Source: an uncultured Bdellovibrio sp. (GTDB taxonomy: Bacteria > Bdellovibrionota > Bdellovibrionia > Bdellovibrionales > Bdellovibrionaceae). From it: a stretch of 48,852 nt of DNA. The position numbers and the translations under genes are program-made. This document shows, in pieces, positions 10,048 to 19,760 of this stretch. A model generated the notes under the pieces. It searched no databases, had not been told where the DNA came from, and saw only the letters and a program-made list of their open reading frames with translations. How positions within the stretch are numbered: the first letter of the stretch is position 1; each line of letters starts with the position of its first letter. The stretch is from the NCBI GenBank assembly GCA_963932905.1, contig CAWVRN010000032.1, forward strand, positions 1 to 48,852, given 5' to 3'.

Positions 10048-11076
10048 TAATTCCCCAAGGCACCAGTGAGCTATTTCCTTTAGTTCCTCGTGTTCCAAAT
10101 AAGGCCGTACATCATCGGTCAAATTTTTTAATTTTAAATTAGCAATTACGATCATAGCATTACGTTTAAGGCCGCGTTGTCCGGCACGGGTGAGCGGCGT
10201 GCCATGAAGCATTTTAAGCAGCTGTTTACCGGAACTATTTAAAACCAATTTTAATTCGGTAGCTAACCCTTCATCACTGATTTGCGCTTGGCGTTTTTGG
10301 TAAGGCTCCGAACGTTTTAAAATTTTTTGATTCCATGGGCAGACAGTTTGGCAGATATCACAGCCAAAGAATAATCCACTGAATTTGGATGCTAGCTCTA
10401 AAGGAGGATTTGTTTTTGATTCAATTGTCCAATAGGAAATACATTTCGTGGAATTGATTGTTTTGTCTTGGCCAATCGCCGATGTCGGGCATTCATCTAT
10501 GCAACGAGTGCATTTGCCGCAAAAGTCGGGCAGTGGATCGAGCTGGTGATTTTGACTTAAATCCAATGAGGTTACAATATTGCCTAGTAAAAACAGGGAG
10601 CCTTCTTTGGGATGAATCAGGCAGGAATTTTTTCCAATCCAGCCCAGGCGATTTTGATACGAAAAATCGCGCTCCATGATTGGAAAAGAGTCGGTCGACG
10701 ACATGAAGAATTCATTCGGATGTAGTTCTTTTAATCGGGTCACGATTGTTTCTAATTTTCCACGTAACCAAAAGTGATAATCACTGCCTTGGGCGTACAT
10801 TGCCGTCTTTAAATGCTGGAACGGGAATTCCGTTTCGTTTTTCAGGGCTAAATAGGGATGAGCCAGACTAATGATTGAGGTTGCTGATGATTGAATGTTC
10901 TTAAGATCGCGTTTGATCTCGAGATGCCGTTTTAAATAATCCATTTCGCCATGATAGTTGTTTTCGATCCAATGGATATAACGATCCCAACTGAGTGGTG
11001 TTGTGATGGCACTGTATCCATAATGTGAAAAACCAAGTTGGTTTATTAAATCTTCGACGGCGACTAGTGGGTTCAT
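10036..11076 (-). CDS. queG: Epoxyqueuosine reductase
   Basis: 'HGEMDYL', 'DYH', 'GWIGKN', 'CGKCTRCIDECPT', 'GCDICQTVCPWN'. Confidence 0.95.
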   Translation of the reverse strand: MNPLVAVEDLINQLGFSHYGYSAITTPLSWDRYIHWIENNYHGEMDYLKRHLEIKRDLKNIQSSATSIISLAHPYLALKNETEFPFQHLKTAMYAQGSDYHFWLRGKLETIVTRLKELHPNEFFMSSTDSFPIMERDFSYQNRLGWIGKNSCLIHPKEGSLFLLGNIVTSLDLSQNHQLDPLPDFCGKCTRCIDECPTSAIGQDKTINSTKCISYWTIESKTNPPLELASKFSGLFFGCDICQTVCPWNQKILKRSEPYQKRQAQISDEGLATELKLVLNSSGKQLLKMLHGTPLTRAGQRGLKRNAMIVIANLKLKNLTDDVRPYLEHEELKEIAHWCLGELSNT

Positions 11077-11120
11077 TCGAGGTTGAATATTAAAGGTTTA
11101 ACGACGTATAATCAATTCAA

Positions 11121-12368
11121 ATGAACAAAGAAGTAGCAGCCAAGCTGGCTTCAGTGGAAAGTTATCCATTGGCCATAGAGATAATTCAAAAATTAGCCGA
11201 TATCGGCCACACCTCGTACTTTGCAGGCGGCTGTGTCCGCGATGCTTTACTAGGATTAAAACCAAAAGATATCGATATCGCTACGACGGCTCATCCAGAA
11301 GAAATCGAGCGAATTTTCAATCATACGGTCGCCGTAGGTAAAAAATTTGGAATTATCGTTGTCGTAGAAGGTAAGCACAACATCGAAGTTGCTACTTTCC
11401 GTAAAGAAAGTGATTACCGCGATGGTCGTCGCCCCGAAAACATCGAATATTCGGGTCCTGAAGAGGACTCGGTTCGCCGTGATTTTACGGTGAATGCTTT
11501 ATTTTATGATCCTTTGAAAAAAGAAGTGATCGATTTTCAGAATGGGGTCGCCGATCTTCAGCAGCGAAAACTTCGCTGTGTGGGTAATCCAGACCGTCGT
11601 TTTAGCGAAGACTACTTAAGGATACTTCGTTGCTTTCGTTTTTCACTTGTACTGGATTTAGAAATTGAGTCTGCGACGTTGCAATCAGCAATAAAACATC
11701 GTGATGGACTAAAGCAAATCTCACAGGAGAGAAAGCGGGACGAACTTTTAAAAACTATTTTAAACTTGAAAACTCCCTGGGATCTGATCGTTGAGTTTTC
11801 GAATCAGAAACTATGGGCTATGTACGGTTTGCCGAATGAAATTTTGGATTACAAAGACTATTTGTTTCAATCGCCTATAAAGAATGAAACAGAGATGTTG
11901 ATTAAACTGCTTTGGGAATTAGACACGCGGATCGAGGCAAAAAATTGGCTCAAAGAATTCAAGTGTTCAACGGACGTGCGCCAATCAGTACTGCGGTTGT
12001 TAGAGTTTAAAAAGAATTTATTAAATGTTCTAGATTGGTCAGAAGAAGAAATGCATTACTTTAGCTATAAATATGATATGCGTTTAGTGATCGATATTGT
12101 TAATCAGGAAATGAAAAGTCCATTTTATAAATCGAATCCGAAGACAGTCGATTTGGGTCAGAAGCTCGAAATTCTAAAAAAATTAATGGCGTACTATGCC
12201 GAGAATACGATTAAGCCTGTGGTGAATGGGGAGCATTTAAAAACTAAGTTTCAAGGTGCGGAACTGGGGCGAATGTTAGATTTATTGTTCCGCAAGCAAT
12301 TAGTTCATAGGTGGACGCGTGCGGAAGAAGCGCTTCGCTGGTTAGAATCAAATTCGGGAAAAGGGTAA
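11121..12368 (+). CDS. cca: CCA tRNA nucleotidyltransferase / poly(A) polymerase family
   Basis: 'AGGCVRD', 'KDIDIAT', 'EVATFR', 'RRDFTVNA', 'EDYLRILR'. Confidence 0.85.
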   Translation: MNKEVAAKLASVESYPLAIEIIQKLADIGHTSYFAGGCVRDALLGLKPKDIDIATTAHPEEIERIFNHTVAVGKKFGIIVVVEGKHNIEVATFRKESDYRDGRRPENIEYSGPEEDSVRRDFTVNALFYDPLKKEVIDFQNGVADLQQRKLRCVGNPDRRFSEDYLRILRCFRFSLVLDLEIESATLQSAIKHRDGLKQISQERKRDELLKTILNLKTPWDLIVEFSNQKLWAMYGLPNEILDYKDYLFQSPIKNETEMLIKLLWELDTRIEAKNWLKEFKCSTDVRQSVLRLLEFKKNLLNVLDWSEEEMHYFSYKYDMRLVIDIVNQEMKSPFYKSNPKTVDLGQKLEILKKLMAYYAENTIKPVVNGEHLKTKFQGAELGRMLDLLFRKQLVHRWTRAEEALRWLESNSGKG

Positions 12369-12372
12369 AGTC

Positions 12373-12996
12373 ATGTATTATTTTCCATCCACTTGGCGCC
12401 GTTTAATAGCTCACTTTGCAGATCGTGTGTACATCAGTCTTTTGCAAACCCCAGTGTGGATAAAGGTTGGGATGGATTATATAAATCACGACCAGTTTCG
12501 CATTCATTGGGCTGATTTTGTTTACGCTGTGTTAGTCGGTTTTCTGTATGAAATACTATCGCTGTATTTTTTCTCAACGACTCTGGGTAAATGGCAGATG
12601 AGTTTAAGAGTTATCACTCGCCATAAAACAGAAAACAATGATGCCGTCGGTTTGGATCAAGCGATTTTAAGAACATTGGTTTCTAATTTAAATTTCTTTT
12701 TTGGTTGGGCTATTTATGCGTTGGCCTTTTTCAAACATAATCGGACTCACTTGGCCGATTGGGTCGCTGAAACCCAGGTGGTTAGTTTGAAAGAACGAGC
12801 TAGTTTGCCTCGGGTTCGCTGGATACTAGCAGCCGGTTTTATATTTTTAACGGCGGGTGAGTCTCTGCAAACCGCTTCTATAACGTTAAATTCAATGAAA
12901 TGGCGTGATCCGTATATTTATTTTAATAGCCAGTCTACAAAAGCCTTTTTGCAGGATTTGAAATACAGAATGGAATACGAGAGCGACGAAGACTAG
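12373..12996 (+). CDS. RDD family membrane protein
   Basis: 'WRRLIAHFAD', 'TLGK..MSLRV', 'HLADWVAETQV'. Confidence 0.85.
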   Translation: MYYFPSTWRRLIAHFADRVYISLLQTPVWIKVGMDYINHDQFRIHWADFVYAVLVGFLYEILSLYFFSTTLGKWQMSLRVITRHKTENNDAVGLDQAILRTLVSNLNFFFGWAIYALAFFKHNRTHLADWVAETQVVSLKERASLPRVRWILAAGFIFLTAGESLQTASITLNSMKWRDPYIYFNSQSTKAFLQDLKYRMEYESDED

Positions 12997-14672
12997 CGAT
13001 CGTCAATGCCAAAGCCATCTGTACGTTTATAGTTTTTCAGGTATTCACCCAGTTTTCTGGTGCTTTCTGGAGTTAACTTAGCGAATTGCAAGCCGCCTAA
13101 ATGGTGGCCCCAGTAATGACCCTCGATAGGCGCAATCCATTTAACTTCGGCTTTAATCATACCCATTTTCGGGCCGAAGCCATCCGAGTTAAATTCGACA
13201 AGGACTTCTTTGTAATTCCCGAGCATGCTTGGTGTTGTTTCAAAACCAATTCCACCCAGGCAGCAGTTTCTTAATTTTGCTTTTGTAATAATTTTTCCGG
13301 TCGTGTCGTAAATATTGATGCGGCCATTTACAAGAGTTCTTACTTTTTGCGTATCACGAATTTTCAAAATTTTCGAAGGATCGATATTTAGATCTCGAGC
13401 CAACAAACTATCGAAATGTTCTTGTGCTAAGTTTGTGTCAGAACTACGATCAGTGAAGTCGTCTGCGTCCATGCGCGGTTCGACGCGTGACACACGCGTG
13501 GTTTCGTGATCAAGACGCTTGATCAAGCTCTCTACGATCGCGATACGTGTTTGTAAGTTTTCTTTGTCTTCCATCAGATCTGCCGTTGGTGTCAATTGTT
13601 GGGGAGCAGGGCTGATAACAACAGTTGCATCTTGGTTGAACAAGGCTTGTTGTATTTCTTTATTTAAATTAAAAATTTCGGTTTTCTCTGCCGCTATTTC
13701 AGTTTCAAAAAGACTGCGAATATATTTGCCGGTCTCTGCATAGGTATGGCCTGCATAGTATCGTTGCATCACTTGGCGAAGAGCCACTTGAAACTCGTTA
13801 GCTGATTGATAGCGATCGCTTGGATTGATACGTAAAGCTTTTAGGATAGCCATATCAAGATCAAGTGGGATTTCATCATTGTAGGCCGATGGCGCTACTG
13901 AATTTTCTCGAATGCCATTTGCATTTTCGTTTACTTTGTTAGTCGCGGCTTTTTGTTCATAGTAGCGAATTAACGTTAACAGTTCCCAGGCTACGATACC
14001 TAAGGAATACACATCAGATCGGCAATCAACGACTTCACCACGATTTTGTTCTGGTGATAGGTATGCCGCTTTACCTTTGATGGTTCCGATACGAGTTTTT
14101 TCATCTAAGTTGGTATTGGCTTTAGCGATACCGAAATCTATAACTTTCAAATTACCATCATACGATACGATCAAATTTTGTGGCGATACATCACGGTGAA
14201 TCGTGTTGGCTTGTTCGCCTGTAACGGCATTTGAAAACGTGTGTGCATAATCCAATCCTGCCGCCGCTTGGATAATCAAGCTTAAAACCACAGGGATAGG
14301 AATTTGTTTGGATTTTTTTTGAATAACTTTATTAGATACATCGCGCAGGTTTTTCCCATTTAGGAATTCCATGGCGATGAACGGTTGGTCGCCAACGTTA
14401 CCGAAGTCATGCAGTTGTACTGTGTTTGGATGGCAGAAACCCATTAACACTTGGATTTCATTTTGGAACATACTTAAGAACATAGGTTGATTGGAAAAAT
14501 GAGGAAGCAAACGTTTGATCACTAGCAGGCGTCCATTGCCCATGTATGAATTTGGTCGGGCTAGAAATACCTCCGCCATGCCGCCTTCCGCGAGCTTTTT
14601 CAGCAAGATATAATTGCCGAAACTTTCGAATGTAGTTTGTTCAGCCGGTTTTAATTTTAAGTTATCACTCAT
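12993..14672 (-). CDS. Hanks-type Ser/Thr protein kinase with C-terminal PilZ-like domain
   Basis: 'LAEGGMAEV', 'VIK', 'HRDVSPQN', 'DFG', 'YLSPE'; C-terminal 'RDTQK..NCCLGG..EVKW..GLQF'. Confidence 0.88.
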   Translation of the reverse strand: MSDNLKLKPAEQTTFESFGNYILLKKLAEGGMAEVFLARPNSYMGNGRLLVIKRLLPHFSNQPMFLSMFQNEIQVLMGFCHPNTVQLHDFGNVGDQPFIAMEFLNGKNLRDVSNKVIQKKSKQIPIPVVLSLIIQAAAGLDYAHTFSNAVTGEQANTIHRDVSPQNLIVSYDGNLKVIDFGIAKANTNLDEKTRIGTIKGKAAYLSPEQNRGEVVDCRSDVYSLGIVAWELLTLIRYYEQKAATNKVNENANGIRENSVAPSAYNDEIPLDLDMAILKALRINPSDRYQSANEFQVALRQVMQRYYAGHTYAETGKYIRSLFETEIAAEKTEIFNLNKEIQQALFNQDATVVISPAPQQLTPTADLMEDKENLQTRIAIVESLIKRLDHETTRVSRVEPRMDADDFTDRSSDTNLAQEHFDSLLARDLNIDPSKILKIRDTQKVRTLVNGRINIYDTTGKIITKAKLRNCCLGGIGFETTPSMLGNYKEVLVEFNSDGFGPKMGMIKAEVKWIAPIEGHYWGHHLGGLQFAKLTPESTRKLGEYLKNYKRTDGFGIDDR

Positions 14673-14721
14673 TCTTATTTTTCCTATATCAGTGGCTCTT
14701 TCAATATCTTAGCAAGATTTT

Positions 14722-14735
14722 TTACATCGATGTAA
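14722..14735. promoter_or_regulatory. Perfect palindrome upstream of the kinase gene
   Basis: TTACATCGATGTAA, 14 bp. Confidence 0.35.
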
Positions 14736-15044
14736 TTTTCCGTTTTTGTCGTTTTTGTTTACAACCCAAATTTCAAAGAAATTGACTTAAGTTTTTACTA
14801 AATCGGCGGCGTTTCTACAAAAGAGTGTAAAAAAAATTAAAGACTGAAGCCTGATGAGGCAGGCAACAGAAATTAAACCAGCATGCAGACTTTGCACTTG
14901 GCCAATAACTGTCCGAGACCACAGCAAAAAACGTAAACGCGAAAAAAAGTGAAAATTTTTTCGTGTAATCTCAAGATTTTACGAGGGTTCGTCTCATTAT
15001 GATATAGGACAGCTAATTGCAGTTATAGAGTTAAAGGAGGCCCT

Positions 15045-15416
15045 ATGAAGATGTTATTGGTGCTTGTGGTATTTATTGGATTCGGATTTGGTTTTCATGC
15101 AGCTAACGCCACAATGAGGTCGCTAACACCGCAAGAACAAGCGGCCACCTGTTACCCGTCGTCACCGATGTTGTATTCAGATGCTTGTGGAGGCGTTCCC
15201 TTTATGGGAGGATTTCCGCAAAGTAGCAACTATCAGACTCAGCAAAACGATCCGTTTTCACAGATGTATGTGTTGATGAATGCACTTCAAGGGCAAACCG
15301 GCGGTGGAGTGGATGCGATGATGGGACTGAATCTAGATCCCACTATGATGTGGCAACATAATAGTCCGATGGGAAATTCTCCCATGTTAAATGCGACTGC
15401 ACCTATCGTACGATAA
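15045..15416 (+). CDS. Secreted Met/Gln/Pro-rich hypothetical protein
   Basis: AAGGAGG SD; signal peptide ending 'ANA'. Confidence 0.75.
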   Translation: MKMLLVLVVFIGFGFGFHAANATMRSLTPQEQAATCYPSSPMLYSDACGGVPFMGGFPQSSNYQTQQNDPFSQMYVLMNALQGQTGGGVDAMMGLNLDPTMMWQHNSPMGNSPMLNATAPIVR

Positions 15417-15422
15417 CCTGTC

Positions 15423-16799
15423 TTATGCCTTGGCCGCTTTTGCTAAATTAAGAACAGTATTTAGGTCTAAAGGAATTTGCGAAGCCATTACTTTTTCTTT
15501 CATTTCAATTAACGCGCTGGTGGCCGTTCTTTTGTTTTGATTTTTTGTCAACGCTGTCATGGTTTGAAATTCGTAGGCAATACGCAGGATGCGTGGCAAA
15601 AGTTTGATCGTCGCGGAGATGTGGTTAGGAAAACCGGAGCCGTCCATATTTTCACGATGTTCAATGATGGTATCTGCCACTATGGGCGGTAGAGGCACCT
15701 TTTTGCTTTTAATCATAAGCACTGATTTTTCAGGATAGGTGTAATACATGGTCAATTGATCTTGGGATAAAGTTGAAACGTCCGTCTGCAATTCAAAATT
15801 GTCTATATAGCTTAAACCAATGTTATGAAGGAGTCCGGCTAAAGCTAACGATTCGATTTGTTCAGATCCCAGATTCAGCATATGACCAAACATAGCGGAA
15901 AATACGCATAAATTGATGGCCTCATTATAAAACGTTCGCTCTTGGCCCGCATAACGTAGTACTTTGGCAAACGCTTCTTGAGTCGTGTGAGGCTTAAGAA
16001 GATCGTAATCTTGAACGATTTCACGGCAACGTTCATAAATGATTTTTCCGCCTTTAAAATCGGTACTTTCTTGGTCGAAGAATTCAGACATGATTTCAAA
16101 GATCAGTTTTTTTGATTTTAGAGCACGCTCCGTTTCGGCAACGGGGTTATCTTTGTTAGCTAAAGTTAGAGCCGTGCGGGCGTATTCTAGGAATTGTTTC
16201 TTTTCTGTTTTTTTAAAATATAAACGTTGGTCTTGTGATTCTATTTTCTTAACTTTATTAGTTTCTAACACTGCACCCTTTTTCCGGTACAGGATTGTTT
16301 TTTTATTGTAAGGCAAGTGAACAAAAACATCAAAATTGATTTCAAGATCCGAACTTAAATCACCACTATCAATTGAATTCAATGCGGATAAGGGTATCTG
16401 GCTGTCAGGAAAATCGTAAGGAATAATTTCTAACAACAGCTCGATAATGAATTCCTTATCAAAATTAAAATGGATCAGCCGATCTGCGCCATTTTTTCTG
16501 ATGGATTCAAAATTTAACGGCGTGGACGTCGTGTGGAATACAATCAGAGGAATTTTCTCAAAACTCATTTTAAGAGTCTGTGTCCATTCTTGGACAGGGC
16601 CTTGTCCTAAATTTCCGTCGATCAAAAATAGAAAAGGATGTAAAGTATCGGTAATTTCTGTGAAGGCATTTAAGTCTTCGGCACGTTCAAATTTAAAATC
16701 GGGGAAGTCGGCCAGAAGTTCGGTGACGCGTGTTAAAAAAAAAGTGTCTTTGGAAATTACAAAGACACTTTTCTGAGTTGGGGCGGTGCCACCGTTCAT
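15423..16799 (-). CDS. Degenerate receiver-like + HD-GYP domain protein
   Basis: N-terminal REC-like 'FLFLIDG..GAD'; 'LLHNIG' (HD to HN), 'HRENMDGSGFP'. Confidence 0.8.
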   Translation of the reverse strand: MNGGTAPTQKSVFVISKDTFFLTRVTELLADFPDFKFERAEDLNAFTEITDTLHPFLFLIDGNLGQGPVQEWTQTLKMSFEKIPLIVFHTTSTPLNFESIRKNGADRLIHFNFDKEFIIELLLEIIPYDFPDSQIPLSALNSIDSGDLSSDLEINFDVFVHLPYNKKTILYRKKGAVLETNKVKKIESQDQRLYFKKTEKKQFLEYARTALTLANKDNPVAETERALKSKKLIFEIMSEFFDQESTDFKGGKIIYERCREIVQDYDLLKPHTTQEAFAKVLRYAGQERTFYNEAINLCVFSAMFGHMLNLGSEQIESLALAGLLHNIGLSYIDNFELQTDVSTLSQDQLTMYYTYPEKSVLMIKSKKVPLPPIVADTIIEHRENMDGSGFPNHISATIKLLPRILRIAYEFQTMTALTKNQNKRTATSALIEMKEKVMASQIPLDLNTVLNLAKAAKA

Positions 16800-16816
16800 A
16801 AAAATTATTCTACTAG

Positions 16817-17311
16817 TTAGTAAACTGAGATTTCAATGTAGAACTCAGTTTGATTTGATAGTTTAAAAGGAATCACGAGTGTCGCTGATTTAGAGTGTTG
16901 TAACATAATGAATTGACCTTTGATCACCGTAGGGATCGCCATTTCAAAATTATAACCTAAATCATTTAAAGTACCTTTTGCACTTCCGTAGATCATATTG
17001 GTTAATTCACCAACAGCATCAAACACTTCATCAGTGATATCGCTGTATTTTTCACCCAACATGTTTTCTAAGATTTGCAAGATCGCAGGTTTAGGGAAGC
17101 TTAATGTAAGGGTCGCTTTATACTCGTTAGAGACCATGCCCACGACGCCGGCAACTTCTCCACGGGCAGAGAACTTTTGTTCCACAAACGGTTTCCCGAA
17201 TGTCACTTTCGTGCTGGCCATTGTTTCAAGAGTTTTAGAAACACCTTCAATAAATGAATTAATTAATGTCTTATCCAAAAGTGGATTTTGCATTTTAGGG
17301 GCCGCTGTCAT
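16817..17311 (-). CDS. cheX: Chemotaxis phosphatase CheX
   Basis: 'DAVGELTNMIYG' (E-x-x-N), 'IPTVI'. Confidence 0.92.
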   Translation of the reverse strand: MTAAPKMQNPLLDKTLINSFIEGVSKTLETMASTKVTFGKPFVEQKFSARGEVAGVVGMVSNEYKATLTLSFPKPAILQILENMLGEKYSDITDEVFDAVGELTNMIYGSAKGTLNDLGYNFEMAIPTVIKGQFIMLQHSKSATLVIPFKLSNQTEFYIEISVY

Positions 17312-17328
17312 TTTAATCCTCTTTTAGC

Positions 17329-17742
17329 TTAGGCAGCTTGGTTGTTGGTTTTAGCATAAACTTTTTCAAGCTTAGCTTTTAAGGTAGCCGCATTAAATGG
17401 CTTAACGATATAGTCAGAAACGCCCGCTTTGGCCGCCTCTAAAATCTGTTTTTGCTCACTTTCTGCTGTTACTAGCATAAAAGGAACTTTGGCAAACTTA
17501 GGGTCTGCTTTGCAGTGTCTTAGTAAATCGATACCCAGCATTTTAGGCATATTCCAGTCAGAAATAATGAACTGGAACGGTTGTCCTGCTTCGTGGGCCT
17601 GTTGAATTAAAGGTAGAGCGGTCGCGCCGTCATCAGCTTCCTCGACTTGAGTGTAACCAAGTTCGGTTAAAATTTTTCTGATAATTTTTCGCATAGTAGC
17701 GAAATCGTCGATCACTAGGAACTTCGTATTGGCTGGGAACAT
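17329..17742 (-). CDS. cheY: Chemotaxis response regulator CheY
   Basis: 'VIDDFATMR', 'SDWNMP', 'VTAE', 'YIVKPF'. Confidence 0.93.
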   Translation of the reverse strand: MFPANTKFLVIDDFATMRKIIRKILTELGYTQVEEADDGATALPLIQQAHEAGQPFQFIISDWNMPKMLGIDLLRHCKADPKFAKVPFMLVTAESEQKQILEAAKAGVSDYIVKPFNAATLKAKLEKVYAKTNNQAA

Positions 17743-17781
17743 ATTATCTCCTGTATAAGATACTATTGTGAATCTATGATA

Positions 17782-17808
17782 CGATCGGTCTAGTTTTTGA
17801 AAACTGTA
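17782..17808 (-). promoter_or_regulatory. Putative sigma28 (FliA) promoter for cheY-cheX
   Basis: Minus strand TACA-N15-ACCGATCG versus consensus TAAA-N15-GCCGATAA. Confidence 0.5.
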
Positions 17809-18074
17809 GTCTGGGAAGCTTGCTTCAAAAAAAAATATTGTGCAGACTTAGACTCAGGTGGTGTGTTTCTCAACTTTCAACGGGGGGTCTAAAGTCGTTT
17901 TTTCAGCTAGATAGCAGAGGAAAGTTCAGTCTGAGTCGGGTTTGTCCAGGATGGGTAAATCGGGAAATCCAGAAAAACGGACTAAAGTTATCAAAATGAG
18001 AAAATGTTAGATTAACCGAAAGTCAGGGAACAAAGGTCTTAAGTTTAACAACAATTTAGCGGGAGGGAGCAAGG

Positions 18075-18479
18075 ATGCTCAGAGATACATTAATTCAGAA
18101 GGGACTTTCAAACAGAGAGTCAGAAGTAGCGGAACTAGTTTCTAAAGGTCTTTCAAACAAGGAAGTTGCAAACCAACTATTTGTTACTGAAAAGACAGTA
18201 AAATTTCACTTAACTAACATCTATAAAAAGATGAACGTTAAATCTAGAGCTCAATTGATCGTTTGGTGCCTTCCGCATCTTGGATTCTCAGCTGATGATA
18301 ACAGAATCGAGAACAATGCAGCTATCCAAACTCAAAACATTTCTAATCAGTTTGGTGCTCAACAAACACAGACAATTCCAGCAGGTAGTTCAACAGTAGC
18401 GGCTCCAACTTTGCCAGCTTCTGCAAGCCAATTGAACCGTGGTTCAGGTAATTCTGATATCGGCGCAATGGGTATGTAA
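18075..18479 (+). CDS. LuxR-type HTH regulator with low-complexity C-terminal tail
   Basis: 'LSNRESEV..GLSNKEVA..LFVTEKTVKFHLTNIYKK'. Confidence 0.9.
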   Translation: MLRDTLIQKGLSNRESEVAELVSKGLSNKEVANQLFVTEKTVKFHLTNIYKKMNVKSRAQLIVWCLPHLGFSADDNRIENNAAIQTQNISNQFGAQQTQTIPAGSSTVAAPTLPASASQLNRGSGNSDIGAMGM

Positions 18480-18495
18480 TTAGTAGGGTCATTAG

Positions 18496-18963
18496 ATGCT
18501 TCAATCAAAACCGGTATCGGCTTCTGAAGTTATAATGACCCAGCTGGTTCTACCGATTCATATTAATTCGTTAGATACAATATTCGGCGGTACTATCATG
18601 TCATGGATAGATATCGCCGCAGCTATTTCTGCTCAACGACACTGCAATCGCGAAGTCGTCACTGCCAGCATCGATCAATTGTCATTTTATGCGCCAGTTA
18701 AGAAGGGTTGGGTAGTAAACCTAAAGTCCAAGGTTAACTTTATCTCAAGAACTTCAATGGAAGTTGGCGTGCAAGTCACGGCGGAAAATCCTCGTTCTGG
18801 AGAATTGTTTCACACATCGTCCGCTTATCTTACGTTTGTCGCTTTGGATTCCAACAGTCGTCCAACGACGGTGCCGGAATTGATCTTAGAAACTGACGAG
18901 GATCGTCGGCGGTTTGAAGAAGGCAAGGCTCGCCGAGCAGCTCGTCTGGCTAATCGCAAATAA
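18496..18963 (+). CDS. Acyl-CoA thioesterase (hotdog fold, YciA-like)
   Basis: 'IFGG.IMSWID..A', 'VVTASID', 'TSMEVGV', 'TFVALD'. Confidence 0.92.
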   Translation: MLQSKPVSASEVIMTQLVLPIHINSLDTIFGGTIMSWIDIAAAISAQRHCNREVVTASIDQLSFYAPVKKGWVVNLKSKVNFISRTSMEVGVQVTAENPRSGELFHTSSAYLTFVALDSNSRPTTVPELILETDEDRRRFEEGKARRAARLANRK

Positions 18964-19279
18964 CTTTCAAATGAAATTCTGCTTTTTTGTTCCGGGGGAG
19001 GGAATTCTTTCCTGGGGGTCTTTCTTTTTCTTCGATTTGGTGGGGTAAGGCGAGGGGACATTCTTTGAATGACTTTTGTATTTTTTGGAGGGCGGCCATC
19101 GTGGCCTCAGCACCCGGTTCGCTGCGCGAACAATACAGCATCCTGCTGCGGGTGAGCCTCCAAAAAATACAAAAGTCATTCAAAGAATCTCCGAGCTTGT
19201 CTTTGGAAATCGAAGAAAAAGAAAGACCCCCAGGAAAGAATTCTGCAGGAAATGGTGGGAAGAATTTCATTTGTAAGTT
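18962..19279. repeat. Nested inverted repeat (three stems of 19, 37 and 32 bp) with a multi-hairpin core
   Basis: 18962-18980/19261-19279 (1 mismatch), 19002-19038/19207-19243 (perfect), 19060-19091/19157-19188 (perfect). Confidence 0.95.
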
Positions 19280-19474
19280 TTTGAAGGTTGGGTTGCCTTC
19301 GTTTTACTTAGTTTGGCGCTTATAGGCTGCGAATTCTTTCTGGTTCCTCTGCTTTTTTGTGTTCATCTGTATAGGTTTTATGCATCTATAACTGCAATAA
19401 CTTAGTTTCCGCTATTAAATGGAATAATTTGGATTTGGCATGATTTGCACTGTTTTGATTGATGAGGTGATTGT

Positions 19475-19753
19475 ATGAAGGCTAAATTAGGTGTTTTTTT
19501 TCTGTCGTTGTTGTCTTTAATTTCTATTGGGTGCGTGTCTATGAGTTACTCTTCATCGATGAGTAATGGGGAAGTGAAGCAGACGATTTGTGCTCAAGGA
19601 GAGTGTCGCACATTGTATGGAATGGGACGAATTGATTATGATCATAATGCTAAAACAGTAACCGTCACGTGCCGAGGCGCTGACCCCGTCGTATTTGCGG
19701 CCAATCAAGTGCAGAGTTACAGTTGCTCAAATGGTTCGGTGGTTCCACAGTAA
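19475..19753 (+). CDS. Small Cys-rich lipoprotein
   Basis: GAGGTG SD; lipobox 'ISIGC'; four further Cys. Confidence 0.7.
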   Translation: MKAKLGVFFLSLLSLISIGCVSMSYSSSMSNGEVKQTICAQGECRTLYGMGRIDYDHNAKTVTVTCRGADPVVFAANQVQSYSCSNGSVVPQ

Positions 19754-19760
19754 AATTTAA

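Noticed and set aside
18962..19279. Retron msr-msd, CRISPR array or 6S RNA interpretation
   Set aside because: No reverse transcriptase or cas gene in the window; repeats are inverted, not direct; too long and too perfectly paired for typical 6S RNA
18825..19325. Several overlapping ORFs on both strands with mirrored peptides
   Set aside because: By-products of the nested palindrome; no SD and no protein-like features
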